Below the pieces are notes generated by a model, which was not told where the DNA came from, did no database searches, and saw only the letters and a list, made by a program, of their open reading frames with translations. From Candidatus Lustribacter sp. (GTDB lineage: Bacteria; Vulcanimicrobiota; Vulcanimicrobiia; Vulcanimicrobiales; Vulcanimicrobiaceae), in the NCBI GenBank assembly GCA_965277805.1, contig OZ255842.1, forward strand, positions 608,001-672,000: a stretch of 64,000 nucleotides of DNA, given 5' to 3'. Made by a program: the position numbers and the translations under genes. Below are positions 19,518 through 29,105 of the stretch, piece by piece; position 1 is the stretch's first letter; each line of letters opens with the position of its first letter.

Positions 19518-20796
19518 GATCCTCCTCGGCCGTCAGACGGTCGGAAATCCAGGGCAGACGCGCGACGTCTCGAGCGAACAAACCGCTCACGGTCCAATCA
19601 CCGGCGACCCGCAGCTTGCGCGTTACGCCGGGCAACTGCGCGAGGTAATACGCGCGCCACATCAGCCACGCCGGAAGGCCGGCGATCATGTGGTTACCGG
19701 GCAACTGAGCCACGGCATCGCGATCGCCGAGCGAAGCCATCATGCCGAGCGGCAGATAGGTAAACGGCTTCAGCGGTTTGCCGGTTAATGAGGCGACGAT
19801 ATTTTGAGCGAGCAGCGGTCCCTCGCGCACGGCGTTTTGGGCCAGCGGAGACACGTCGCCGCCGCCGCGTTTGGGGATCCGGGCGCAGTCGCCGACCCCC
19901 CAGATGCCGGCGACCCCCGGAACCGCGAAGTCGCTCCCGACCACCAGGGCGCCGTGTTCCGAGGTTTGCAAGCCCGTCGTGCGCAGCAGCGGCGCCGGCT
20001 TTTCTCCGGCCGTCCAAACGATCGTGTGACAGTCGAAGCGTTTGCCGCTTTTCAGCGCGAGGCCATCGGCGTCGGCCGACGCGACGTCTTCGCCAAGCTC
20101 GATACGGACGTTGCGGCGGCGCAGAGAGGCCGCGGCGCGTTTCCCGAACCAGGGAGCGAGGTGCTCGAGCAGCCGTTTTCCGCTCTCGACGATCACGATC
20201 TCCGGGGTCAGGTCGTGTAAGGTGGGATAAAAACGATGCAGCCGCTTGAGATAGGCGGCAAGCTCGCCCCCGGCCTCAACGCCCGTAAAACCGCCGCCGA
20301 CGATAACGAAACGCAGCCACCGGTCGCGCTCGACGCGATCGCGCGAGGCGGCCGCCGCTTCGAACGCGCTGCCCACGCGGGCTCGCAGTTTTGCTGCGTC
20401 CGGCAACGTCTTGAGCAGATACGCGTGCTCGGCAATGCCGGGAATACCGTGCGTGCTCGACTCCGAACCGAGTGCAAACACGAGATGGTCGAAGGGCAGC
20501 GTCGTTTGCGCACCGAGTACGCGAAGGTCGATGGTCACGGCGCGCGAGGCAACGTCGACCGACGATACTTCGCCCACCACAACCTCCGCGCGTTTCAGGG
20601 CCACCCGCAGCGGTTGCACGATGGCGCGCATATCGAGCGTACCCGTCGCCACTTCGGGCAGCATCGGCGTAAAGAGCTGGAAATTCTCGCGGCTAACGAG
20701 TGTGATATGGGCGTCTGACGGAGCACGCCGTTCCAGCTCCTGCGCGGCAGTTACACCGGCAAAACCTCCGCCCAAGATAACGATCTTCGTTGCCAC
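19501..20796 (-). CDS. Type II NADH dehydrogenase family flavoprotein
   Basis: GGGFAG, FTPMLPEVATG, VGGGFTGVE, WGVGDCA. GTG start inferred at 20796. Confidence 0.88.
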   Translation of the reverse strand: MATKIVILGGGFAGVTAAQELERRAPSDAHITLVSRENFQLFTPMLPEVATGTLDMRAIVQPLRVALKRAEVVVGEVSSVDVASRAVTIDLRVLGAQTTLPFDHLVFALGSESSTHGIPGIAEHAYLLKTLPDAAKLRARVGSAFEAAAASRDRVERDRWLRFVIVGGGFTGVEAGGELAAYLKRLHRFYPTLHDLTPEIVIVESGKRLLEHLAPWFGKRAAASLRRRNVRIELGEDVASADADGLALKSGKRFDCHTIVWTAGEKPAPLLRTTGLQTSEHGALVVGSDFAVPGVAGIWGVGDCARIPKRGGGDVSPLAQNAVREGPLLAQNIVASLTGKPLKPFTYLPLGMMASLGDRDAVAQLPGNHMIAGLPAWLMWRAYYLAQLPGVTRKLRVAGDWTVSGLFARDVARLPWISDRLTAEEDHAPEG

Positions 20797-20804
20797 GAAA
20801 ACCG

Positions 20805-21929
20805 TTAAACCTCGTACGCCGCCGCATCGCTGCGACGAAACTCGAGCCCAATCCCGGGTCGGAAGAGGTCCGGAGCCAGTGTGCCGTTCACCGGATCCGA
20901 AGGCCCATCGAAGAACATCTTCTCGATGCGCACATGATCGAAGAAGAACTCCATGTGGCGCAGCATTTTTGCGGCCGCAGCCGCGTGCACATGAAGGTAC
21001 GGCGCGCAGTGTGTCGAGAGCGGCACGAGGGCGCTCTGGCACAGGCCGTCGACGGCGAGAAAACCGGTAAAGCCTCCGCAACGCGTTGCATCCGCTTGAA
21101 GGACGTCGACGGTTCGCGCTTCGAGCATGCGCGCGTAGTGATACGGAGCGTAGCCATATTCGCCGGCCGCGACCTCCATGGTCGCGGGTGCGCGTTCACG
21201 CACCGCTGCCAAGCCCTGAAAATCCTGATGGTACACGGGCTCCTCGAACCAGGTCACGCCCGACGCCTCGAATTGGGAGGCGAGTTCGAGCGCTTGCTTT
21301 ACGGCGTACGCTCCATTGGCGTCAACGAACAGTTCCGCGCTCTCGCCGATCGCGTGCCGAGCGGCGGCAATCCGGCGTACGTCGGCACCGGGATCGCGAC
21401 CGATCTTCATCTTGACGCGCGGAATGCCGGCGGCAACCCAGCCGCTGAGCTGCGAGGTGAGTTCGGTAATATCGTACGAGGTAAACCCGCCGCTGCCGTA
21501 GACCGGAACGCGCTCGCGAGCCGTTCCGAGCAAGGCGGCGACCGGCATGTCCAGGAGTTTGCCGCGCAGATCCCACAGTGCGATGTCGACCGCCGATATC
21601 GCCATCGCGGTGATGCCCTCACGGCCGAGATTGCGAATCTTTGCAACCATGCTCGACCAGATCTCGCCGTGGGCGAACGCGTTCGCACCGACGACGACGT
21701 CGTGCAGGGTGTCGCGGATCAACGTCGCGGTTGCGGTGTCGGCATACGTGTAGCCAAGGCCGGTGCATCCGCCGGATTCGAGCTCAACGAGCACGAGCGT
21801 CGTCGCGTCCCAGACGTGCGTCCCGTCGGATTCATTCGGGCTCTCAGTCGGTACTCGGTAGGCCCGTACATCCATGCGCCGGACGGGCGCCGCGGTGCTC
21901 GAACGCGGACCCTGCACGCTCGACTTCAC
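20805..21929 (-). CDS. Mandelate racemase/muconate lactonizing (enolase superfamily) enzyme
   Basis: SAVDIALWDL, KMKIG, VDANG, WFEEP, AAGEY. GTG start overlaps the upstream TGA. Confidence 0.9.
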   Translation of the reverse strand: MKSSVQGPRSSTAAPVRRMDVRAYRVPTESPNESDGTHVWDATTLVLVELESGGCTGLGYTYADTATATLIRDTLHDVVVGANAFAHGEIWSSMVAKIRNLGREGITAMAISAVDIALWDLRGKLLDMPVAALLGTARERVPVYGSGGFTSYDITELTSQLSGWVAAGIPRVKMKIGRDPGADVRRIAAARHAIGESAELFVDANGAYAVKQALELASQFEASGVTWFEEPVYHQDFQGLAAVRERAPATMEVAAGEYGYAPYHYARMLEARTVDVLQADATRCGGFTGFLAVDGLCQSALVPLSTHCAPYLHVHAAAAAKMLRHMEFFFDHVRIEKMFFDGPSDPVNGTLAPDLFRPGIGLEFRRSDAAAYEV

Positions 21930-23716
21930 GGATGTGCCTCGTGCGGGAAGATGCCGGAGAGCAAGCTCTTGACCGATTGTCCGATGACCTGCATCTCGTT
22001 GGGGTCGCCTTTGACCAGCGCGGACGTTAGGTTCTTCGCTTGCTCGAACGAAATATGGGGCGGGATCATGGCCACGTTCGGATCGGTGTAGGCTTCGTAG
22101 ACCACGGGGCGATCGGCCGACAAAGCGGCGTCCCACGCCGGCCCGACGTCCTCGGGGCGATCGACGCGGATTCCCCGCAGGCCGATCGATTCTGCATATC
22201 TCGCGTACGGGAAATCGGGCAGTTGTTGTGAGGCGTCGAACTTCGGGTCGCCGGACTCGATTCGCATCTCCCACGTAACCTGGTTGAGATCGCGATTGTT
22301 GAGCACGAGGATGATCAGGCGCGGGTCCGACCATCGCTTCCAGTATTTCGCGATGGTGATCAGTTCGGCGTTGCCGTTCATCTGCATCGCACCATCGCCC
22401 GTCATTCCGATGGCCACGCGATCGGGAAAGCAGAACTTCGCGGCGATGGCGTACGGCACGGCCGGACCCATCGTCGCGAGGCTGCCCGAGAGCGAATACT
22501 TCATCCCGCGGCGCATTTGAAGATCGCGCGCCGACCAATTCGCCGATGTGCCGGCGTCGCCGCTCAGAATACAGTCGTCCGGCAGACGTGCTGAGAGTTC
22601 GGTAAAGACGCGTTGCGGGTTCAGCGGCTCCGCGGCATCCAGGGCGCGCGCATGAGTCACGTCGTTCCACCGTGCGCGCTTTTGCGCGATGCGGTTGCGC
22701 CATGTCGGATCGGCTTTTTGCGTCAGGAGCGGCAACAACGACCGCAGTGTCGCCGCCGCATCGCCGATGAGGTTGACTTCGTTGGCGAACCGCATCGAGA
22801 GATTCTTGCCGTCAAGGTCGATCTGGACGCCGCGCGCTTGGCCCGCCTTCGGTAGAAACTGGGCGTACGGATATGTCGTACCGACCATCAAGAGGGTGTC
22901 GCACGATGCCATCATGTCTGAACTCGGTTCAGTACCAAGAAGACCCAATGTGCCGGTTACATACGGGAGGTCGTCGGGAAGCGCGGCTTTACCAAGCAAC
23001 GCCTTTGCGACGCCGGCCCCTAACCGATCGGCGACGGCCATCACCTCATCGGCCGCCCCGAGGGCGCCGGCACCGATCAGCATGGCAACGCGTTCACCGG
23101 AGTTGAGGATTTCGGCAGCCGCGGCCAGATCGTATTCGGCCGGGATAACGACCGGCGCGCTGTAGCCGATACCCGACTGGAGTGTATTCGCGGCGTGCGG
23201 CGGATGTTCGACGGCATCCATTTCTTGAATGTCTTTGGGCACGATGATGCAGGTGACGCTCCGTGTTGCATGAGCGATGCGAAAGGCGCGGTCGACGATG
23301 TGGCGCGCCGCCGTCGGGCTGGAAATCTGGTAGACGTACTCCGACGCTACGTCCTTGAAAAGATTGACCAGATCAACTTCCTGCTGGTAGTTACCGCCGA
23401 GCGCCGTCGTCGCCGCTTGGCCGACGATTGCAACAACCGGGCGATGATCCAGTTTTGCGTCGTAGAGGCCGTTCAACAAGTGGATCGCGCCGGGACCGGA
23501 CGTGGCCAAGCAGCAAGCGACCTCGCCGGTATACTTCGCGTCGGCGGTCGCCATAAAAGCGGCCATTTCCTCATGCCGCACCTGAACGAAATCGATCTTA
23601 CCGTCGAGCCGGTCGAAGGCGCCCATGATCCCGTTGATGCCGTCGCCCGGATAACCGTAGATACGGCGAATCCCCCAAGCGTGAACCCGTTGTAGGATGA
23701 AATCACTGACAGTCAT
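21926..23716 (-). CDS. Thiamine-diphosphate-dependent enzyme (pyruvate oxidase/PoxB-like)
   Basis: YGYPGDGING, VRHEE, TSGPGAIH, GDGAMQM...NN. GAGGAG RBS. Confidence 0.93.
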   Translation of the reverse strand: MTVSDFILQRVHAWGIRRIYGYPGDGINGIMGAFDRLDGKIDFVQVRHEEMAAFMATADAKYTGEVACCLATSGPGAIHLLNGLYDAKLDHRPVVAIVGQAATTALGGNYQQEVDLVNLFKDVASEYVYQISSPTAARHIVDRAFRIAHATRSVTCIIVPKDIQEMDAVEHPPHAANTLQSGIGYSAPVVIPAEYDLAAAAEILNSGERVAMLIGAGALGAADEVMAVADRLGAGVAKALLGKAALPDDLPYVTGTLGLLGTEPSSDMMASCDTLLMVGTTYPYAQFLPKAGQARGVQIDLDGKNLSMRFANEVNLIGDAAATLRSLLPLLTQKADPTWRNRIAQKRARWNDVTHARALDAAEPLNPQRVFTELSARLPDDCILSGDAGTSANWSARDLQMRRGMKYSLSGSLATMGPAVPYAIAAKFCFPDRVAIGMTGDGAMQMNGNAELITIAKYWKRWSDPRLIILVLNNRDLNQVTWEMRIESGDPKFDASQQLPDFPYARYAESIGLRGIRVDRPEDVGPAWDAALSADRPVVYEAYTDPNVAMIPPHISFEQAKNLTSALVKGDPNEMQVIGQSVKSLLSGIFPHEAHP

Positions 23717-23796
23717 GGCCGCGCGAACTCCTCGATGGCGAATATAGTCATCATACCCGACTAATTTTTGTAACAAACGGATGCCGCGACAAGAAA

Positions 23797-24792
23797 GTGG
23801 GTAAGGACCGCGTAATCACCGATCCTTCGGAAGAAGCCGTGACCGAAAAATCTCCGGAACCACCGCTGCTACAAGACGCCCAAGCAATCGCCAAAGAGAT
23901 ACGTGAGGGGCGTTTCCAGCGCTGGCTTTCCCTCATTGCGGGTGTGTCGAGCGTTTTGAGCGGTCTCGAAGTGGCCTACGAACACTATCGGGGCGGGTAC
24001 AGCCGTCGGATCATGGTGACGCCCGTGATCCTGAGCGCAGCGCTCGCGGTAACCGGAGTTGCCGGATTTCGCAGTGCGCGTTCGGCGCGTGTCTTGCTGC
24101 CCTTCGTTTCGGCCGTAACGGCGCTCGACGCGTTGACCGGTTTTTATTTTCATGTTCGCGGCATCGCGCGCAAACCGGGTGGCTGGCGTTTGCCTGTTGT
24201 GAACATCGTCATGGGCCCGCCGATCTTTGCGCCTCTTCTATTCGCGACGAGCGCCTATTTGGGCTTAATCGCCTCGCAAATGAAGCGGTCCGATACGACT
24301 GAAGGCGGCGGGCTTCCGCTCGCTGCGCATGCGCGACACTGGACGACGCGCCTGGGCGCAAAGCATGAAGCGATCGACGCGGAGCAAGACCTGCGTGAAG
24401 GGCGTTTCCAAAAGCACCTCGCAGTTGCGACGGTCATCGCGGCGGGCTTTAGCGGCTTTGAGGCCTGGTACTCCCACTACAAGAGCAACTTCCGCAATCG
24501 CGCGCAGTGGACACCGGTCGTCATTGCTCCGTTGCTCATGGTCGCCGGAGGCGGTGCAATCGCAAGCGTTCGCACGGCGCATACGTGGTTACCGGCCATT
24601 TCAGCCGTCGCCCTCATCGACGGCTCCGTCGGCTTTTTCTACCACGTTCGCGGCGTGCTCCGGCGGCCCGGCGGTCGTGCGTTACTCTTCTACAACGTCA
24701 TCTACGGGCCGCCGATCTTCGCGCCGTTACTGTTCGCCGCGAGCGGCTTTCTCGGACTATTGGCGAGCCTGCTGCGGAGAGAGCACGAGTGA
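23797..24792 (+). CDS. Polytopic membrane protein with internal duplication, unknown function
   Basis: Two repeats of REGRFQ...HY...TPV...GFxxHVRG..R.PGG...GPPIFAPLLFA. Start uncertain. Confidence 0.8.
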   Translation: MGKDRVITDPSEEAVTEKSPEPPLLQDAQAIAKEIREGRFQRWLSLIAGVSSVLSGLEVAYEHYRGGYSRRIMVTPVILSAALAVTGVAGFRSARSARVLLPFVSAVTALDALTGFYFHVRGIARKPGGWRLPVVNIVMGPPIFAPLLFATSAYLGLIASQMKRSDTTEGGGLPLAAHARHWTTRLGAKHEAIDAEQDLREGRFQKHLAVATVIAAGFSGFEAWYSHYKSNFRNRAQWTPVVIAPLLMVAGGGAIASVRTAHTWLPAISAVALIDGSVGFFYHVRGVLRRPGGRALLFYNVIYGPPIFAPLLFAASGFLGLLASLLRREHE

Positions 24793-25556
24793 ACGAAAAC
24801 GATACCGAGGATCCGCGCCCGATCGATCCACGCACGGGCTCACCGCTTCGTGCTCTCACGCAGCCGGGCTACTATCCGGACTTCAGCACGCTTGCGCAGC
24901 AAAAATATTGGGATCCGAAGACGCGTTCGGTCATCCTGGATCGCGTGCATAACGTCCCGGCTTCGCGGTTTTTCGACGCGGGCCAAACGCGATTGCTCGA
25001 GGCGATCTGCGCGCGTCTTGTCCCGCAAGACGACCGCGACGACGCCCATCGCATTCCGATCGTCCCGCAAATCGATCGCCGGCTAGCTGACGGCGACGGC
25101 GATGGGTACCGCTATGAGGACATGCCCCCCGATTCAGAAGCGTATCTCCTCGGTCTTCAAGCAATCGACGAGTCGGCCCAACGCTTGTACGGCCGCGCCT
25201 TCATCCTGGCCGCATTTTCACAACAGGACGACCTCTTGAAGTCGCTGCACGACGGAAAGCCGCTCTTCGATCACCCGGTGTGGCAGCGGCTGCCGGTCAA
25301 ACGGTTCTGGATGCTGCTCCTTTCAGATTGCATCGAAGCGTATTACTCGCATCCATACGCGTGGGACGAGATCGGCTTCGGCGGACCGGCGTACCCGCGC
25401 GCATACATTCGGCTGGAGAACGGCGAGCCCGAGACCTGGGAAGTGGACGAGGTGCGCTACCTTTGGGCGGCGCCGCTTTGGTCGGCATCATCTGACGCGG
25501 TGACGTCCGGCGACGCCGATCATTACGGTGCAGCCGGACAGGGCGGTTCACATTGA
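24789..25556 (+). CDS. Gluconate 2-dehydrogenase subunit 3 family protein
   Basis: RLVPQ, AYYSHPYAWDEIGFGGPAYPR. GTG start overlaps the upstream TGA. Confidence 0.8.
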   Translation: MNENDTEDPRPIDPRTGSPLRALTQPGYYPDFSTLAQQKYWDPKTRSVILDRVHNVPASRFFDAGQTRLLEAICARLVPQDDRDDAHRIPIVPQIDRRLADGDGDGYRYEDMPPDSEAYLLGLQAIDESAQRLYGRAFILAAFSQQDDLLKSLHDGKPLFDHPVWQRLPVKRFWMLLLSDCIEAYYSHPYAWDEIGFGGPAYPRAYIRLENGEPETWEVDEVRYLWAAPLWSASSDAVTSGDADHYGAAGQGGSH

Positions 25557-27298
25557 AGGGGCCGCTCGGTGGAGCGTTCGAGGGCGCTGCGGGTAAACCG
25601 CACATGCTCGGATCGCTGCAGAAACTCGACGTACCGATGCGGCATTTTGCGCCTGACGACGAGGTCGACTACGCGATCGTCGGCACCGGAGCCGGAGGCG
25701 GCGTGCTTGCACAACGGCTTGCGCGAGCCGGGTTTCGCGTCGTTGCATTCGACGCTGGTCCGTTATGGGATACCGAACGCGATTGGGTCAGCGATGAAAA
25801 AGGCGCGCATAATTTGTATTGGAACGATCTGCGGGTTACCGGCGGTGACCATCCGCTCGCGTTCGGCGCGAACAATAGCGGCAAAGGCGTCGGGGGCGGC
25901 ACGGTGCACTGGGCCTCGTTCACGCCGCGCTTTCATCCATCGGATTTTCACACCTTTACGCTCGACGGCGTCGGCGCCGATTGGCCGCTGACGTATGACG
26001 ACCTCAAGCCGTACTACGAACTGCTGGAGTTAGAACTTCCGGTTGCCGGGCCGGCGCACTACCCCTGGGGCGATCCGCATGGCTATCCATATGCACCGCA
26101 CCCGATGGGCGGCGTCGGCGACGCGCTTATTCGAGGATGCACGTCGCTCGGCATCGGCGTGTCCGCGGGCGGTCCGGTTGCCATACTTAGCGCATCGCGC
26201 GGCGACCGACCGCACTGTATCTATCGCGGCTTCTGCATCCAAGGCTGTAAGGTTGGGGCGAAGGCGAGCACGTTGATCACTCACGTGCCCGACGCCATCG
26301 CACATGGCGCGGAAATCCGGCCCAACAGCATGGTGTCGCGGGTGCTCATGGGAAAAGAACGGCGCGCGACCGGAGTCGCATACTTCGATGCCGACGGCAA
26401 GGAACACGTGCAGCGCGCCCGGGCCGTTGTCGTCGCGGGATATGCCATCGAAACGCCGCGCTTATTGCTCAACTCGGCGTGCGACGGCTTCGAGAATGGT
26501 CTCGCGAATTCGAGTGACACCGTCGGGCGCTACCTCATGGCCCAGGCCGGAAACGTCATCGCCGGACGTTTCGACGATCCGATACGCATGTACAAAGCCC
26601 CGCCGGCCCACGCCCTCACCGAGGAATTCTACGAGACCGATCCCAACCGCGGCTTCGCGCGCGGCTTCGCAATTCAAACCGTCGGCCCGCTCCCAATTGC
26701 GTTTGCGAAGCAATTGGCAAACGCCAAAGGCGACTGGGGTTGGAGCCTGCGCCGCGACATGATGGATTACAACCACTGGGCGGCATTCGGCTTTCTCGGC
26801 GAAATCTTGCCGCATGCGGAGAACCGCGTGCAGCTTGCGGACGACCGTGACCGTTTCGGGATCCCGGTCGCCAAAGTAACGTTCAGCTTGCACGACAACG
26901 ACACGAAGCTGATCGAATTCGGCAAGCGCAAGACGATGGAGATCATGTCGGCAGCCGGTGCTCGCGAGGTCGTACAGGAGGCGCGCTACGCGCACCTGGT
27001 CGGCGCTGCGCGGATGGGAACCGATCCCGCAACGTCCGTCGTCGACGGGTTGGGCCGCACCCATGACGTCGCGAATCTGTTCATCTGCGACGGTAGCATC
27101 TTGCCGACGCAAGGCTCGGCGAATCCAGGGTTGACGATCATGGCGCTTGCGGCCCGTATCGCCGACCACTTGATTTGTGCCGGCGACGACGTGTTTCGCA
27201 CAAAGCGTCTTCCGATGAAAGCAACGCCGATTCGCCACGATCTTTCGCCGCCGGATACCTGGGGCCACGGCATGACTCGGATTCCGAAGCAACGCTAA
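25553..27298 (+). CDS. GMC family oxidoreductase
   Basis: VGTGAGG, GVGGGTVHW, CIYRGFCIQGC, HLVGAARMG, NPGLTIMALA. Confidence 0.92.
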   Translation: MKGPLGGAFEGAAGKPHMLGSLQKLDVPMRHFAPDDEVDYAIVGTGAGGGVLAQRLARAGFRVVAFDAGPLWDTERDWVSDEKGAHNLYWNDLRVTGGDHPLAFGANNSGKGVGGGTVHWASFTPRFHPSDFHTFTLDGVGADWPLTYDDLKPYYELLELELPVAGPAHYPWGDPHGYPYAPHPMGGVGDALIRGCTSLGIGVSAGGPVAILSASRGDRPHCIYRGFCIQGCKVGAKASTLITHVPDAIAHGAEIRPNSMVSRVLMGKERRATGVAYFDADGKEHVQRARAVVVAGYAIETPRLLLNSACDGFENGLANSSDTVGRYLMAQAGNVIAGRFDDPIRMYKAPPAHALTEEFYETDPNRGFARGFAIQTVGPLPIAFAKQLANAKGDWGWSLRRDMMDYNHWAAFGFLGEILPHAENRVQLADDRDRFGIPVAKVTFSLHDNDTKLIEFGKRKTMEIMSAAGAREVVQEARYAHLVGAARMGTDPATSVVDGLGRTHDVANLFICDGSILPTQGSANPGLTIMALAARIADHLICAGDDVFRTKRLPMKATPIRHDLSPPDTWGHGMTRIPKQR

Positions 27299-28251
27299 GC
27301 GAGGCGAGCCCGGCGACGACGGGCGAACTGCGCGAGCGAGCTCACGGCGACGCCGCCGTGTCCGTGAACTACGTCGTGCTCGTCATTGCGTCTTGCGTCA
27401 TCGCAACGCTCGGGCTTCTCGAGAACAGCGTCGCCGTGATCATCGGGGCAATGATCATCGCCCCGCTGATCGGTCCCATCCAGTCATTTGCGTTCGCCGG
27501 TGTCGACGGCGACGCGATTCTGTTGCGCAAATCGCTCACTGCCGCCGCGATCGGTGCGGTCATGTCGATCGCGATCTCATGGCTCATTGCGGCGCTCGTG
27601 GCGCTCCCGGCCTACGGTTCGGAAGTCGCAGCACGCACGCGGCCGAACGTCCTCGATTTGGTGATCGCGCTAGCCGCCGGCGGCGTCGCCGGGTACGCAC
27701 GCATTCGTCCATCGATTGCGAGTACGGTGGCGGGGACGGCAATCGCCGTTGCGTTGATGCCGCCCTTGTGCGTCGTTGGGCTCTTACTGGGTGCGCGAGC
27801 GTGGCAAGAGGCGATCGGCGCCGCGCTGCTTTTCGGCACGAACTTTCTCGGGATCGGGCTCGCGTGTATGATCGTGTACGCCGTCGCGGGTCGATTCGAA
27901 CGTCACAGCCGCTCGACGCTGATCGTGACGGCGGTCGTGGGGATCGCGATGACGTTTCCGCTTGCGGCAAGCTTCCTCGAGATCGCGCGCGAGTCACGAA
28001 TTGAAGCGGAGATCCGCAACGAACTCGTTTCCGACACCGTAACGTTTCAGCGAACGCGGCTCATCGGCGCGACATTCGATTGGTATGCGAACCCGCTTCA
28101 AGCCCGGTTGGACGTCAGTTCCGGAAGCGCGATTTCCGCGTCCCAGGTGCGCGATTTGGAGGCGTTCTTAGGCCGCCGCATCGGCCGGCCGGTCAAACTC
28201 GTACTCGAAGTGAGCCGCTACGATGTCGTGACCGACAGCGGGCATGAATGA
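27175..28251 (+). CDS. DUF389/TIGR00341 membrane protein
   Basis: IATLGLLENSVAVIIGAMIIAPL, ARTRPN, GTAIAVALMPPL. The only start upstream of the domain overlaps the GMC gene, so the 5' end is uncertain. Confidence 0.8.
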   Translation: MCRRRRVSHKASSDESNADSPRSFAAGYLGPRHDSDSEATLSEASPATTGELRERAHGDAAVSVNYVVLVIASCVIATLGLLENSVAVIIGAMIIAPLIGPIQSFAFAGVDGDAILLRKSLTAAAIGAVMSIAISWLIAALVALPAYGSEVAARTRPNVLDLVIALAAGGVAGYARIRPSIASTVAGTAIAVALMPPLCVVGLLLGARAWQEAIGAALLFGTNFLGIGLACMIVYAVAGRFERHSRSTLIVTAVVGIAMTFPLAASFLEIARESRIEAEIRNELVSDTVTFQRTRLIGATFDWYANPLQARLDVSSGSAISASQVRDLEAFLGRRIGRPVKLVLEVSRYDVVTDSGHE

Positions 28252-28278
28252 CCAATGAGCCGGCGACGCTATGGCTTT

Positions 28279-28689
28279 CTATTCCGTCGCAAGTGCCTGC
28301 GCTGCGGGTGCGGGTCGGCGCACCAGCAAGTTGAGTCCGGCCAGCACGACGGCGCCAGCGAGGGCAGCCCAGGTAACAGCCGGCGTGACGTAGGCCGACA
28401 AGCCCAGCGCGCGGTCGAGCGAGATGGCGCCCAGGTCGAATGCCGGGGCCAGCGCGGCGGCGACGTAGAGCGTGTTCAGCTCGTAGCCGCCGTTCGCCGC
28501 GGCGAAGCCCTTGCTGAAGTGGACCGAGACGATCGCCACGACCATGATCATGACGATGAGGGCCGGTCCGATCGGACCGCCGAGGCCCAGGACGGTGAGG
28601 AGACCGCCGCCGAGTTCGGCGCCGGCGGCGCCCAGGACGAAGAGTTTGCCCGGCCTCCAGCCGAGCTGCTCGAAGAAGCCGGACGTGCC
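28279..28689 (-). pseudogene. 5'-truncated DoxX family (CatD-like) gene
   Basis: Reads *GTSGFFEQLGWRPG...AELGGGLL..LGL...VHFSKGF...GGYE. An in-frame TAA sits directly upstream and the first TM helix with its HGxQK motif is missing. Confidence 0.75.
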
Positions 28690-28694
28690 TTATC

Positions 28695-29071
28695 ATGGCA
28701 TCTGAACCTACGTCAAGTAGCCTGGCTACGGATGATAGCCGGATCGATGTGGCCTTCTGCCCGCGCTTCCATAAAGCCATCGAACTGATCGGCAAGCGCT
28801 GGACCGGCGCCGTCATCCGCGTGCTGCTCGCCGGCCCCCCCGCTTCAACGAGCTGCTGGCGTCCGTGCCCGGTATGTCCGACCGGCTATTGACCGAGCGT
28901 CTGCGCGAACTCGAAGCGGAGCAGCTGATCCGCCGCGACGTCCAGCCCGGCTCGCCGGTGCGCGTCGTCTATTCGCTTACGTGCGCAGGCGCCGAGCTGC
29001 AGGTTGCTCTCGACGCGGTCGGTCACTGGGCCGAGCGCTGGATCGATCCGCCGGCCGCACCCGACGTATAG
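28695..29071 (+). pseudogene. Frameshifted HxlR family regulator
   Basis: FCPRFHKAIELIGKRWTGAVIRVLLAGP and RFNELLASVPGMSDRLLTERLREL...VVYSLT are in different frames, joined at a C7 run (28835-28841). Confidence 0.8.
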
Positions 29072-29105
29072 GCATTACCGGCCGCCTTCTCATATTCTCT
29101 CCGGC

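Noticed and set aside
20805-22703. Long N-terminal extensions in the ORF track (also 7538, 19501-21081, 33926, 51802-53415, 52701)
   Set aside because: These are stop-poor alternative frames of neighbouring genes in high-GC DNA. Real starts sit at coupled ATGA/GTGA overlaps or RBS sites.
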